The notes under the pieces: generated by a model
The model's input: the letters and a program-made list of their open reading frames with translations, nothing else
Told to the model about the DNA's origin: nothing
The model's database searches: none
Part shown: one piece after another, positions 28,209 through 35,981 of the stretch
Numbering within the stretch: the first letter of the stretch is position 1
Layout: each line of letters starts with the position of its first letter
Position numbers and translations under genes: made by a program
IMG/VR virus record: IMGVR_UViG_2563366990_000012
Coordinates: 1 to 35,981 of that record
From: a virus
Lineage: Duplodnaviria > Heunggongvirae > Uroviricota > Caudoviricetes
Direction: 5' to 3' (one strand)
DNA length: 35,981 nucleotides

Positions 28209-30494
28209 TTATATCCGCGCCATTACTGTTGAGAATCCCGGCCACTCATCAGCGACCGGGTACGTGAATTTTTTCCCGTCATAATTTACGGTCGCGCCAC
28301 GCGCCAGCGCCTCAAGCTCCCATCGCTGCGGCCTGATACCGTTCTGAGCAAGGTCAACGCGGATACGGGTAATTTGCATTCTTTCCGACCGGGTCAGTCT
28401 GGCCGATGGTGCAATTTCATGTGGTTTTAACGGGCTTCCGTTTCTCTGCTGACGATTTGGGGTTCTCAGCCCGTATTTTAATGCGCCCCTGAGCGCCCTC
28501 ACGACCTCCGGGTCATTCCATTCGATAACACCGTCATCAACCAGATTAAGCACTGCTGCGGCGTGTTCAGAAGGTGTGGGAGCCGGTAACGAAGTATCAC
28601 CACCGGTGAGCTTTCCACAGTTATTGACAGGACTCCGAGGCGCGGCGATGCCGCTTTTTAAAGTCAAAGGCTGAACGACCGGAACTTTCGGCACAATGCG
28701 CCAGTCCGTCGTTCTGGTGATACGAATATGACGCGCGCCGAGATGCGGCGCGTAAATGCCGACCACTCTCTCGACCTCTTCCTCGTACTCGTTAACGTCA
28801 TCCGAGGGGCTACGGGCGACCCTGACAGTCTGGCAATCGCGCGGGACATTTGCCCCACCCTGCGCGCTGATATACAGCGCAAAATCGCCACTGTCTGCGG
28901 CAGCGCGTGCAGCCTCGACGCGTTCGTCAAACTCATCAGCAATGCTGACGCCGCGAGGCAATTTGCGTAGTTCACGGTAAGCCCCCATTGTCGGCAGGCC
29001 AACCGTTTTAAATTGAGGAATGCGCCACGTTGACGCCCATGCGGTAACAGCCGCGGCAGTGTCTTTCAGCGGCCTGCCGGTGTCGTTATCGAGCTGACCA
29101 TCCAGTGCATAGCCATCGATGTTTTTTGAAATGTATTTCGCGATATATCCCGCAGCACCGCCCCGGTTAAGGTGTTTTGCCTGAAAACGGTTTCGCGCGG
29201 CTCCTCTTTCGTCGCCATCCTCTTTGAGCGCGTAGCGACGCATGATTTCGATAATCTGATTACGCTGGCGTGGATTACAAAAAAGCATCATATGCCAGTG
29301 CGGCGTTCCGTCGTGGTGTGGCTCGACGACACGCAAACCGTAGACCTGTAAATCATTATCCTTGAATGCCGTGCGCATCAGGCTCCAGATGCGGCAGAGA
29401 TAACGCTGCGCATCCTTTGGATTAAATGCCTCATCGTTCCAGCCGTGATTAAGCTGCACGGTTTTACTTTCGCCTTTTCCGACCTGACGTGTCGGGTGAT
29501 ACTTTGACGGTGCGGTCAGCGTGATAAACATCCCCACATCGCCCTCTGCGGCGGCGTAACGCTCAATACCGGCAATGGTGTTCATCAGCTCCATCCGGCG
29601 AATTTCAGGATTAGAAATACTGCCCATCACCTTACTGATAAGGTCGATGCGCTCGCCGGTTTCCCTGTTTTCGAGGTCACACGATTTAAGAAATTCCAGA
29701 TTTGCCTGGCGGCGCGCACGCACATCACGAATGGCATGTTTACTGGCATAAGGAGAACGGTCTTTATTGACCTCCCCGACAGCAATCAGTAACGCCTCAT
29801 GCCAGCGCATACGCTGGCCTTTAAGCTGACTAATCCACCACTCATCGTTAAACAGACGGGCAATGGCAGAATATGCCTGCCTCGTGGTCATCTGCCCTTT
29901 ACGGTATTTTTTCCAGTAGAGCGGGGAAATATTGAAAGCACGTGCAGCGCCAGCGACATGACCATACAGGTGAGTCTGCGCCTCATCCGTAAACAGCGAT
30001 TCTTTTTCGCCATGTGCATCCACCCAGGCATCGCAGAGTTCCTCATACATCATGAAAAGCTGCGATGAGATACGGGCGGCAAACTTTTTCAGCTCCTTGT
30101 CATTCATTCCAGGCAGGCGCGCATAATGGTCACGCTCTGCCAGAAACAGCAACGACGCGTCGGTGTTCATTTCATGGCGCTGATTCACGCGCTCAATGCG
30201 CGGCCATAAACGACGCTGAAAAGTGGATGTGAGGAAATAAAACCCGTGCACCGGGCTTTTATTGCGCCGGATGTAGTCATAACGTGAAGTAAACAGCGAG
30301 CGCAAAAAGTAAGGCAGGCGGTTAATCGTGGATAAAACACCTTGCACCTGACGCATCTCGTCACGTGTAAGGGGTCTTTCGCGCCCGACAGCCTCGCGTG
30401 GCGCGTTCCATGCATAAGCACCGGTAATCGCCTTACCGGTGCCTGCGGCAAATGCTGACGGAGGGACAAAACGCCCGGAGGCTTTAACGGCCAT
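28209..30494 (-). CDS. A: Replication initiation protein gpA (rolling-circle nicking endonuclease), 761 aa
   Basis: MAVKASGRFVPPSAFAAGTGK... with HUH-type endonuclease region (PHWHMMLF) and active-site tyrosine region (GYIAKYISKNIDGY); track ORF trimmed by 14 codons. Confidence 0.92.
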   Translation of the reverse strand: MAVKASGRFVPPSAFAAGTGKAITGAYAWNAPREAVGRERPLTRDEMRQVQGVLSTINRLPYFLRSLFTSRYDYIRRNKSPVHGFYFLTSTFQRRLWPRIERVNQRHEMNTDASLLFLAERDHYARLPGMNDKELKKFAARISSQLFMMYEELCDAWVDAHGEKESLFTDEAQTHLYGHVAGAARAFNISPLYWKKYRKGQMTTRQAYSAIARLFNDEWWISQLKGQRMRWHEALLIAVGEVNKDRSPYASKHAIRDVRARRQANLEFLKSCDLENRETGERIDLISKVMGSISNPEIRRMELMNTIAGIERYAAAEGDVGMFITLTAPSKYHPTRQVGKGESKTVQLNHGWNDEAFNPKDAQRYLCRIWSLMRTAFKDNDLQVYGLRVVEPHHDGTPHWHMMLFCNPRQRNQIIEIMRRYALKEDGDERGAARNRFQAKHLNRGGAAGYIAKYISKNIDGYALDGQLDNDTGRPLKDTAAAVTAWASTWRIPQFKTVGLPTMGAYRELRKLPRGVSIADEFDERVEAARAAADSGDFALYISAQGGANVPRDCQTVRVARSPSDDVNEYEEEVERVVGIYAPHLGARHIRITRTTDWRIVPKVPVVQPLTLKSGIAAPRSPVNNCGKLTGGDTSLPAPTPSEHAAAVLNLVDDGVIEWNDPEVVRALRGALKYGLRTPNRQQRNGSPLKPHEIAPSARLTRSERMQITRIRVDLAQNGIRPQRWELEALARGATVNYDGKKFTYPVADEWPGFSTVMARI

Positions 30495-30759
30495 ATGAGC
30501 CAAAAGCCTCAGAACAACGCTTGCTGAGTTGCTCAACCTGCGCGTTTAAATCAGCAAAAGACTTTGCGCTTCCGGTCAGAATATCGTGATGCATCAGGCC
30601 GGAAACGAGCTGGCTTAATTTCGGGTAATAACCAACCACCGCCAGCCATTCCTGCCCGGCGTTTTTACCGCTTTCCGCTCTCTTTTTCTCGTGGAGAATA
30701 AACTGAAAGCTGTCACTGGTAACGACATAACGTTCGCCAATTTCGATACGAATACTCAT
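30484..30759 (-). CDS. Hypothetical early protein (P2 orf83 position), 91 aa
   Basis: Compact ORF directly upstream of A, overlapping stop/start junctions with neighbours. Confidence 0.6.
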   Translation of the reverse strand: MSIRIEIGERYVVTSDSFQFILHEKKRAESGKNAGQEWLAVVGYYPKLSQLVSGLMHHDILTGSAKSFADLNAQVEQLSKRCSEAFGSYGR

Positions 30760-30980
30760 GCCATTCTCCGGTAATGCTTGTTTTTTGCTTCAAAGACTGA
30801 CTGGCAGGAAACACAACGCGTGGCTGACGGATAAGCTGCACGACGGGCAGCAGGTATTGGCGCGTCACACTCTTCGCAAACCAGCGCAGAAACACCGCAA
30901 TGTTTTACCCTTGCCGCGTTAATCTGGCGCTCCAGTAATTCAGCCTGTTGTTCCTGAATAAAATCTATGTTGTCCGGCAT
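30756..30980 (-). CDS. TraR/DksA-family C4 zinc-finger protein (P2 orf82 position), 74 aa
   Basis: CEECDAPIP ... CVSCQ four-cysteine motif. Confidence 0.7.
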   Translation of the reverse strand: MPDNIDFIQEQQAELLERQINAARVKHCGVSALVCEECDAPIPAARRAAYPSATRCVSCQSVFEAKNKHYRRMA

Positions 30981-31285
30981 TACCAGCTCCTTTTGTCGTT
31001 CAGCTTCTTAAATTCATCAGCGCAATAGCTGGCGATTTCTGTCGTTAATTTTGTCAGTTCATCCACGGATGAAATTTGCTTGTGGAATACAGCACGTTTA
31101 ACAAGTAAATTGACCACATCAGACAGGAGGTTTAATTCATTCTGATAAATCGCGATAACAGATTCAGTTATGTCGCGCTTTTCTTTATCAAGACAAAGTT
31201 GAATAAGAGACAAATCACCATTTTCCATAACGGCGATTTTTAAGGCGTTATTCAGTAATACAACTGAATGAGAACAGGACATCAA
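30980..31285 (-). CDS. Hypothetical early protein (P2 orf81 position), 101 aa
   Basis: ORF with start/stop overlaps in the early operon. Confidence 0.55.
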   Translation of the reverse strand: MMSCSHSVVLLNNALKIAVMENGDLSLIQLCLDKEKRDITESVIAIYQNELNLLSDVVNLLVKRAVFHKQISSVDELTKLTTEIASYCADEFKKLNDKRSW

Positions 31286-31506
31286 AGTACCTCCCCGCGA
31301 GACAATCCGATATTGTGAAATTTTTCCGACTCCTGACTGAGCAGCTCGACTATCTCCACGCGGGATAACTCCGCCTTTGTGATGTGGCGAATCATGGCGT
31401 CAAGATGAGAAGAAAAGCGCGTAGCTGCATCTGCCTGTGCTTCGGTTCTGGCCTGTTGCAGCAGTAATGCGTATTTACCGCACTGATTTTCAGAAACTGT
31501 ATGCAT
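31282..31506 (-). CDS. Hypothetical early protein (P2 orf80 position), ~74 aa
   Basis: ORF in early operon order; start uncertain (MHTVSENQ chosen). Confidence 0.5.
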   Translation of the reverse strand: MHTVSENQCGKYALLLQQARTEAQADAATRFSSHLDAMIRHITKAELSRVEIVELLSQESEKFHNIGLSRGEVL

Positions 31507-31569
31507 GACTTTCTCCAGGCAAAAAGAAGCCCCGCACAATTAAGTGCGTTAAAAACTCTGGTTAATTAC

Positions 31570-32076
31570 TTAATGCAGATATTGCTCTGGTTTTACCGAT
31601 GTCAGAATTGTCGGTGCATACTCAAACAGACTGAATAATTCACGTAATGCACGGAATAAAGCATCACGCCAGTAACATGATTCTTCATTAATTCGCCAGT
31701 ACGGCTGGTTGAATTCTTTTTCTGTCAGTCGTGCGTGCATAAATAAAGTACGACGCTGGCTGACTGTTAAAAAACTAATATATGCATACTCACTTGCACC
31801 AACCTGACGGCGTTTTGAGAATGCCCCACGCAATTCATCAATTGCACATACCAGTCGTTCACGTTCGACGTCGTTCATTTCTTCAAAACGCATCGTTGCG
31901 TGACGCTGTTTTAACTGCGCATGAAAGCAAACCGTTAGCCGTTCGCGTTCCATCATCTGATTATAATAATCGCATGTCTCCTGCCAGCGAGGGACGGCCA
32001 GATGCTTACCAATTATCCGGCGCATAGTTGCTGGCTGTTTTTCAACGAGATTGAGCGTCATCACTGTCATTTCCAT
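31570..32076 (-). CDS. B: Replication protein gpB, 168 aa
   Basis: Position between cox/orf78 and orf80, length similar to P2 B. Confidence 0.8.
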   Translation of the reverse strand: MEMTVMTLNLVEKQPATMRRIIGKHLAVPRWQETCDYYNQMMERERLTVCFHAQLKQRHATMRFEEMNDVERERLVCAIDELRGAFSKRRQVGASEYAYISFLTVSQRRTLFMHARLTEKEFNQPYWRINEESCYWRDALFRALRELFSLFEYAPTILTSVKPEQYLH

Positions 32077-32261
32077 ACCCTCCGGCTTTTCAGAAAGGTC
32101 AGAGCCTTTTTTAACGGACTCTGTTTTTTGGTGCGGATAATGATTCCCTTACGCCCCTTACCGTGGGTGATGGTGAAGTCAATCGCCCTGGGGCTTTCGT
32201 TACGCAATAACTGAGCAATACAACGAGGCTCATTCATACGGTTCTCCTTAACGTGGTTCAC
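32067..32261 (-). CDS. Small basic hypothetical protein (P2 orf78 position), 64 aa
   Basis: Short ORF between cox and B; start uncertain. Confidence 0.4.
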   Translation of the reverse strand: MNHVKENRMNEPRCIAQLLRNESPRAIDFTITHGKGRKGIIIRTKKQSPLKKALTFLKSRRVWK

Positions 32262-32523
32262 CGAGACCTAACCACATCAACCAGCCGTCACGAATCTCTT
32301 TAGGACGGCTTTCATAAGCCAGTTTTAGTCCGTTATTCCATGCCGGAAGGTATACCCAATATTCACCAGCACGCCCCGATACTGACTGAGGGTCAGTAAT
32401 CTCAATAACTGGTAATTTCCCTTTCTCAATCATACCCCTTACAGCTCTTGGAGTTTTACCAATGAGTTTTGCAAACTCCTGATAAGGCACGGCATCAGTC
32501 ACGCTTACAAGCTGTCTATTCAT
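32248..32523 (-). CDS. cox: Cox excisionase / Pc repressor, 91 aa
   Basis: PYQEFAKLIGK...GKLPVI...GRAGEYWVYLPAWNNGLKLAYESRPKEIRDGWLMWLGLGEPR closely matches P2 Cox as I recall it. Confidence 0.9.
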   Translation of the reverse strand: MNRQLVSVTDAVPYQEFAKLIGKTPRAVRGMIEKGKLPVIEITDPQSVSGRAGEYWVYLPAWNNGLKLAYESRPKEIRDGWLMWLGLGEPR

Positions 32524-32644
32524 CTGCTACGATTCTCCCTTAGTGCTTCTAATGGCTCCTAATGGCTAATTATTGCCTAAAAGGATAACTCCAGAAGCAC
32601 AACATTTCACACTATCAGCAAGAAATTACGCAATCGGAGTAATT
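32524..32644. promoter_or_regulatory. Pe/Pc divergent promoter-operator switch region between cox and C
   Basis: Contains the direct repeat CTAATGGCT at 32549..32557 and 32559..32567, consistent with P2 C repressor binding direct-repeat operators. Confidence 0.55.
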
Positions 32645-32944
32645 ATGTCAATAGACGTTTCGGAGAAGTTGAAGCTAATCCGTGAATCTGAAAGGTTAAA
32701 CCGTAAAGAATTCAGTGAATTAACTGGTGTAGCCTACAGCTCACTTTCGAGCTATGAGAGCCGGTCAAAAAACGCTGGAGTTGAAGCCATAATGAAGGTC
32801 TTACAACATCCTAGATTTACTAAATATACTTTGTGGTTCATGACTGATCAGGTAGCTCCAGAAGCCGGGCAAATTGCGCCCGCTCTCGCACACTTTGGGC
32901 AAAACGAAACAACGTCGCCCCACTCCGGTCAAAAGACTGGTTAA
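32645..32944 (+). CDS. C: Immunity repressor C, 99 aa
   Basis: C-terminal half FTKYTLWFMTDQVAPEAGQIAPALAHFGQNETTSPHSGQKTG matches P2 C; start trimmed from the TTG-initiated track ORF to the in-frame ATG at 32645. Confidence 0.88.
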   Translation: MSIDVSEKLKLIRESERLNRKEFSELTGVAYSSLSSYESRSKNAGVEAIMKVLQHPRFTKYTLWFMTDQVAPEAGQIAPALAHFGQNETTSPHSGQKTG

Positions 32945-33059
32945 CAATTTATCGTGAATATATTCATCACAAGTGCCTACTATTGGTGGCTAAATTTCAG
33001 CCACCACGAAAAAAGCGATTAGTAGTAGCAAAAAAAAGTACCACTCGGAGGGTTTTCTG

Positions 33060-34073
33060 ATGGCAATCAAAAAACTCGATGATGGTCGATATGAAGTGGA
33101 CATCCGCCCTACTGGACGTAACGGAAAACGCATCCGTAGGAAGTTTGATAAGAAAAGCGAAGCTGTCGCTTTCGAAAAATACACGTTGTACAACCACCAC
33201 AATAAAGAATGGCTATCAAAACCAACAGACAAACGACGTCTGTCGGAACTGACACAGATCTGGTGGGATTTAAAGGGTAAACACGAAGAGCATGGGAAAT
33301 CTAATCTTGGAAAAATTGAAATCTTCACAAAAATAACGAATGACCCATGCGCATTTCAAATCACGAAATCCCTTATCAGCCAGTACTGCGCCACCCGAAG
33401 AAGTCAGGGTATTAAACCTTCGAGTATCAATCGTGATTTAACATGTATTAGCGGCATGTTTACAGCCCTGATTGAAGCGGAGTTATTCTTTGGTGAGCAC
33501 CCTATCAGAGGGACAAAGAGGCTTAAGGAGGAAAAACCAGAAACAGGCTATCTCACACAGGAAGAAATTGCCTTACTGCTTGCTGCTCTTGACGGCGACA
33601 ACAAAAAGATTGCGATTCTTTGCCTGAGCACTGGAGCACGTTGGGGAGAAGCAGCTCGTTTGAAAGCAGAAAATATCATCCATAACCGCGTCACGTTTGT
33701 TAAAACGAAAACAAACAAACCACGCACCGTCCCGATCTCAGAGGCTGTTGCCAAAATGATCGCGGATAACAAACGAGGTTTTTTATTCCCTGATGCTGAT
33801 TACCCTCGCTTCAGACGAACAATGAAAGCAATAAAACCGGATTTGCCAATGGGGCAAGCCACACATGCACTAAGGCACAGCTTTGCCACTCATTTCATGA
33901 TTAATGGAGGAAGTATTATCACGCTACAACGGATACTAGGTCACACGCGGATTGAGCAAACTATGGTTTACGCTCATTTTGCGCCAGAGTACCTTCAGGA
34001 CGCCATTTCTCTTAATCCGCTAAGAGGTGGTACTGAGGCCGAGAGTGTCCACACAGTGTCCACAGTAGAGTAA
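33060..34073 (+). CDS. int: P2-type tyrosine integrase, 337 aa
   Basis: C-terminal catalytic region with ...HALRHSFATHFM... and ...LGHTRIEQTMVYAHF... (R-H-R-Y signature); adjacent to the att core. Confidence 0.92.
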   Translation: MAIKKLDDGRYEVDIRPTGRNGKRIRRKFDKKSEAVAFEKYTLYNHHNKEWLSKPTDKRRLSELTQIWWDLKGKHEEHGKSNLGKIEIFTKITNDPCAFQITKSLISQYCATRRSQGIKPSSINRDLTCISGMFTALIEAELFFGEHPIRGTKRLKEEKPETGYLTQEEIALLLAALDGDNKKIAILCLSTGARWGEAARLKAENIIHNRVTFVKTKTNKPRTVPISEAVAKMIADNKRGFLFPDADYPRFRRTMKAIKPDLPMGQATHALRHSFATHFMINGGSIITLQRILGHTRIEQTMVYAHFAPEYLQDAISLNPLRGGTEAESVHTVSTVE

Positions 34074-34152
34074 CGTTTAAGGGCTTTCAGTGGTAATTTA
34101 TGCCGCTCAAACCCGCATTGTACCGTTGAAAGCCCCTACTGGTGACACCCTA

Positions 34153-34180
34153 AATCTCCCTTACACGGGCTTATTTTTTA
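34153..34180. repeat. Prophage att core, right copy (int-proximal, attL-type junction)
   Basis: Exact 28-bp repeat of 1507..1534. Confidence 0.9.
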
Positions 34181-34349
34181 TACATAAACCATAGAGACGG
34201 ATTGATCCCAGGTCACCGTCTTCCATTGACCACATCGATAGAATCTCCCTTCATAGCACGATGCCTTTCACTTATTGGCATCGTGCTCGCACAGGTTCCG
34301 GTTACGCACAGCCAGAACGCGCATGTTTGATGCTTACCAAAAAATATTC

Positions 34350-34667
34350 TCACTCTCCACATTTGAATGTCAGACGAGCGACGCCATGTAATCCTGCACC
34401 TTCTGTCTTCAGGTCAACTATCTGCATTTTTTTGCCCTGAGTAACACAGAAATGAACTGCATCATTTTTTACTATATTTTCTGCACCAGATATTCTACCC
34501 CTGGCTAAAGAAGCTTCGGCTTCGGTGTAGTATTGGTTATCGAGTTTACGCTGAATATTACTTTTATATGCAAGACCAAATTTACCGATACTTGTCTCAT
34601 CATTATGTACAGCACACCCAGACATAAGAAAAACACTAATTAATGATATAGCAGCTATCTTTTTCAT
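34350..34667 (-). CDS. yegR: Small exported protein YegR, 105 aa
   Basis: MKKIAAISLISVFLMSGCAV signal/lipobox-like N-terminus; host neighbour of yegS. Confidence 0.8.
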   Translation of the reverse strand: MKKIAAISLISVFLMSGCAVHNDETSIGKFGLAYKSNIQRKLDNQYYTEAEASLARGRISGAENIVKNDAVHFCVTQGKKMQIVDLKTEGAGLHGVARLTFKCGE

Positions 34668-35081
34668 CTCACCTTCCCCCATTAAATACCAACGACACGC
34701 TCTGGTGTTTAAATATAATAATGGCATGATTATTATAATTGAATAGGATTATAATAAATGTTCTGTACAACATTTCCTACATAAGTAGGAATTACATACA
34801 CGGATGCCCTTCCAGGTAACCCCATGGGGGGGTTAATATATTTTTAATAGTATATTGAAGATGCCACTGTTTAGTTGAATATTAGGTATATGTTCTTTTT
34901 TGAAATTTACCGGTGGCTACCGTTAATATTCGCTGTTCCCATTGCAAGCTCCTGGTGGTAACCACTGAATCCTCCATACTTGAACTGACTTTTTATCCTC
35001 CGACTTTCATCCTGTTCTGACTCCACCTTTTCTTTTCTGCTCTACACTATCTACAGTCCAATCATAAAGGCACATACGATC

Positions 35082-35981
35082 ATGGCAGAATTTCCCGCCA
35101 GCTTACTGATTCTTAATGGCAAAAGTACTGACAATCTACCCTTGCGCGAAGCAATTATGCTGTTGCGTGAGGAAGGAATGACGATCCATGTGCGGGTCAC
35201 CTGGGAGAAAGGCGATGCCGCACGATATGTAGAGGAGGCACGGAAGTTGGGCGTCGCAACGGTGATTGCCGGTAGTGGCGATGGCACCATTAATGAAGTT
35301 TCTACGGCGTTGATTCAGTGTGAGGGGGATGACATACCCGCGCTGGGAATTTTACCATTAGGAACCGCCAATGATTTTGCCACCAGTGTAGGGATTCCTG
35401 AGGCACTGGATAAGGCGCTGAAACTGGCAATTGCCGGTAACGCCATTGCGATAGATATGGCGCAGGTCAATAAACAAACCTGTTTTATTAATATGGCGAC
35501 AGGCGGGTTTGGGACGCGTATTACCACAGAAACGCCGGAAAAATTAAAAGCCGCGCTGGGTGGCGTCTCTTACATCATTCATGGCTTAATGCGCATGGAC
35601 ACTCTGCAACCGGACCGTTGTGAAATCCGCGGTGAAAACTTTCACTGGCAAGGTGACGCCCTGGTCATTGGTATTGGTAACGGGCGTCAGGCCGGTGGCG
35701 GTCAACAATTGTGCCCGAACGCGTTAATTAACGATGGCTTGCTGCAACTGCGCATTTTTACCGGCGATGAAATTATTCCGACTCTCGTATCAACCTTAAA
35801 ATCTGACGAAGATAACCCGAATATTATCGAAGGAGCTTCGTCGTGGTTTGATATACAAGCCCCACACGAAATCACTTTTAATCTTGATGGCGAACCGTTG
35901 AGTGGGCAAAACTTCCATATTGAAATACTTCCGGCGGCGTTGCGTTGTCGATTACCACCAGATTGTCCATTGTTGCGTTAA
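35082..35981 (+). CDS. yegS: Lipid kinase YegS (DAG-kinase-like fold), 299 aa
   Basis: [15 protein letters not shown]... with GGDGT-type motif ([11 protein letters not shown]); full length. Confidence 0.9.
   Translation: MAEFPASLLILNGKSTDNLPLREAIMLLREEGMTIHVRVTWEKGDAARYVEEARKLGVATVIAGSGDGTINEVSTALIQCEGDDIPALGILPLGTANDFATSVGIPEALDKALKLAIAGNAIAIDMAQVNKQTCFINMATGGFGTRITTETPEKLKAALGGVSYIIHGLMRMDTLQPDRCEIRGENFHWQGDALVIGIGNGRQAGGGQQLCPNALINDGLLQLRIFTGDEIIPTLVSTLKSDEDNPNIIEGASSWFDIQAPHEITFNLDGEPLSGQNFHIEILPAALRCRLPPDCPLLR

Larger units (their letters stand above)
1507..34180. mobile_element. Intact P2-like prophage (~32.7 kb) integrated at the cyaR 3' end (P2 locI-type site) between yegQ and yegR
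   Basis: Bounded by 28-bp direct repeats; contains tyrosine integrase, C/cox switch, replication genes A/B, cos, complete head, lysis and tail modules, and ogr, in canonical P2 order. Confidence 0.93.

Noticed and set aside
28027-28284. 85-aa plus-strand ORF in the AT-rich spacer between the ParB-like gene and A
   Set aside because: No convincing ribosome-binding site, overlaps the A 3' end, and the region is more likely the promoter/leader of the cargo operon.
32990-33328. 112-aa minus-strand ORF overlapping the int start and the C-int spacer
   Set aside because: Antisense to the integrase N-terminus; the hairpin in the same region is a better explanation of the local structure.
34080-34135. 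Long-range inverted repeat GGGCTTTCA ... TGAAAGCCC just downstream of int
   Set aside because: The roughly 37-nt loop makes a stable terminator unlikely; probably part of the attP arm architecture, so not called as a discrete feature.
1-35981. CRISPR arrays, rRNA or tRNA genes
   Set aside because: No regularly spaced short direct repeats and no tRNA-like cloverleaf candidates at the att sites; the integration target here is an sRNA terminator, not a tRNA.

Overview
This window is an E. coli chromosomal segment (yegQ/rlhA - cyaR ... yegR - yegS) carrying an apparently intact ~32.7 kb P2-like (Peduovirus) prophage between 28-bp att core direct repeats at 1507..1534 and 34153..34180. The left core overlaps the 3' terminator of the CyaR sRNA gene. 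The prophage has the complete P2 gene set in the inverted orientation: ogr-D-U-T-E/E'-FII-FI, G-H-I-J-W-V, S-R-lysCBA-K-Y-X-L-M-N-O, P-Q, the 19-nt cos site, A, orf83/82/81/80-like genes, B, cox, C and int. Three AT-rich cargo islands interrupt this GC-rich backbone at the positions where P2 carries its own accessory genes. (1) Next to cos, where P2 has orf91/tin/old: a ParB/Srx-like domain protein plus a Dam-family N6-adenine methyltransferase, each flanked by strong palindromes; this is the best candidate for an undescribed defence or epigenetic module. (2) At the Z/fun position: a GNAT acetyltransferase convergent with an XRE-HTH/cupin regulator. (3) At the orf30 position: a very AT-rich three-TM membrane protein. 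Product names for prophage genes rest on protein lengths, order and recalled sequence similarity to P2, not on a database search.
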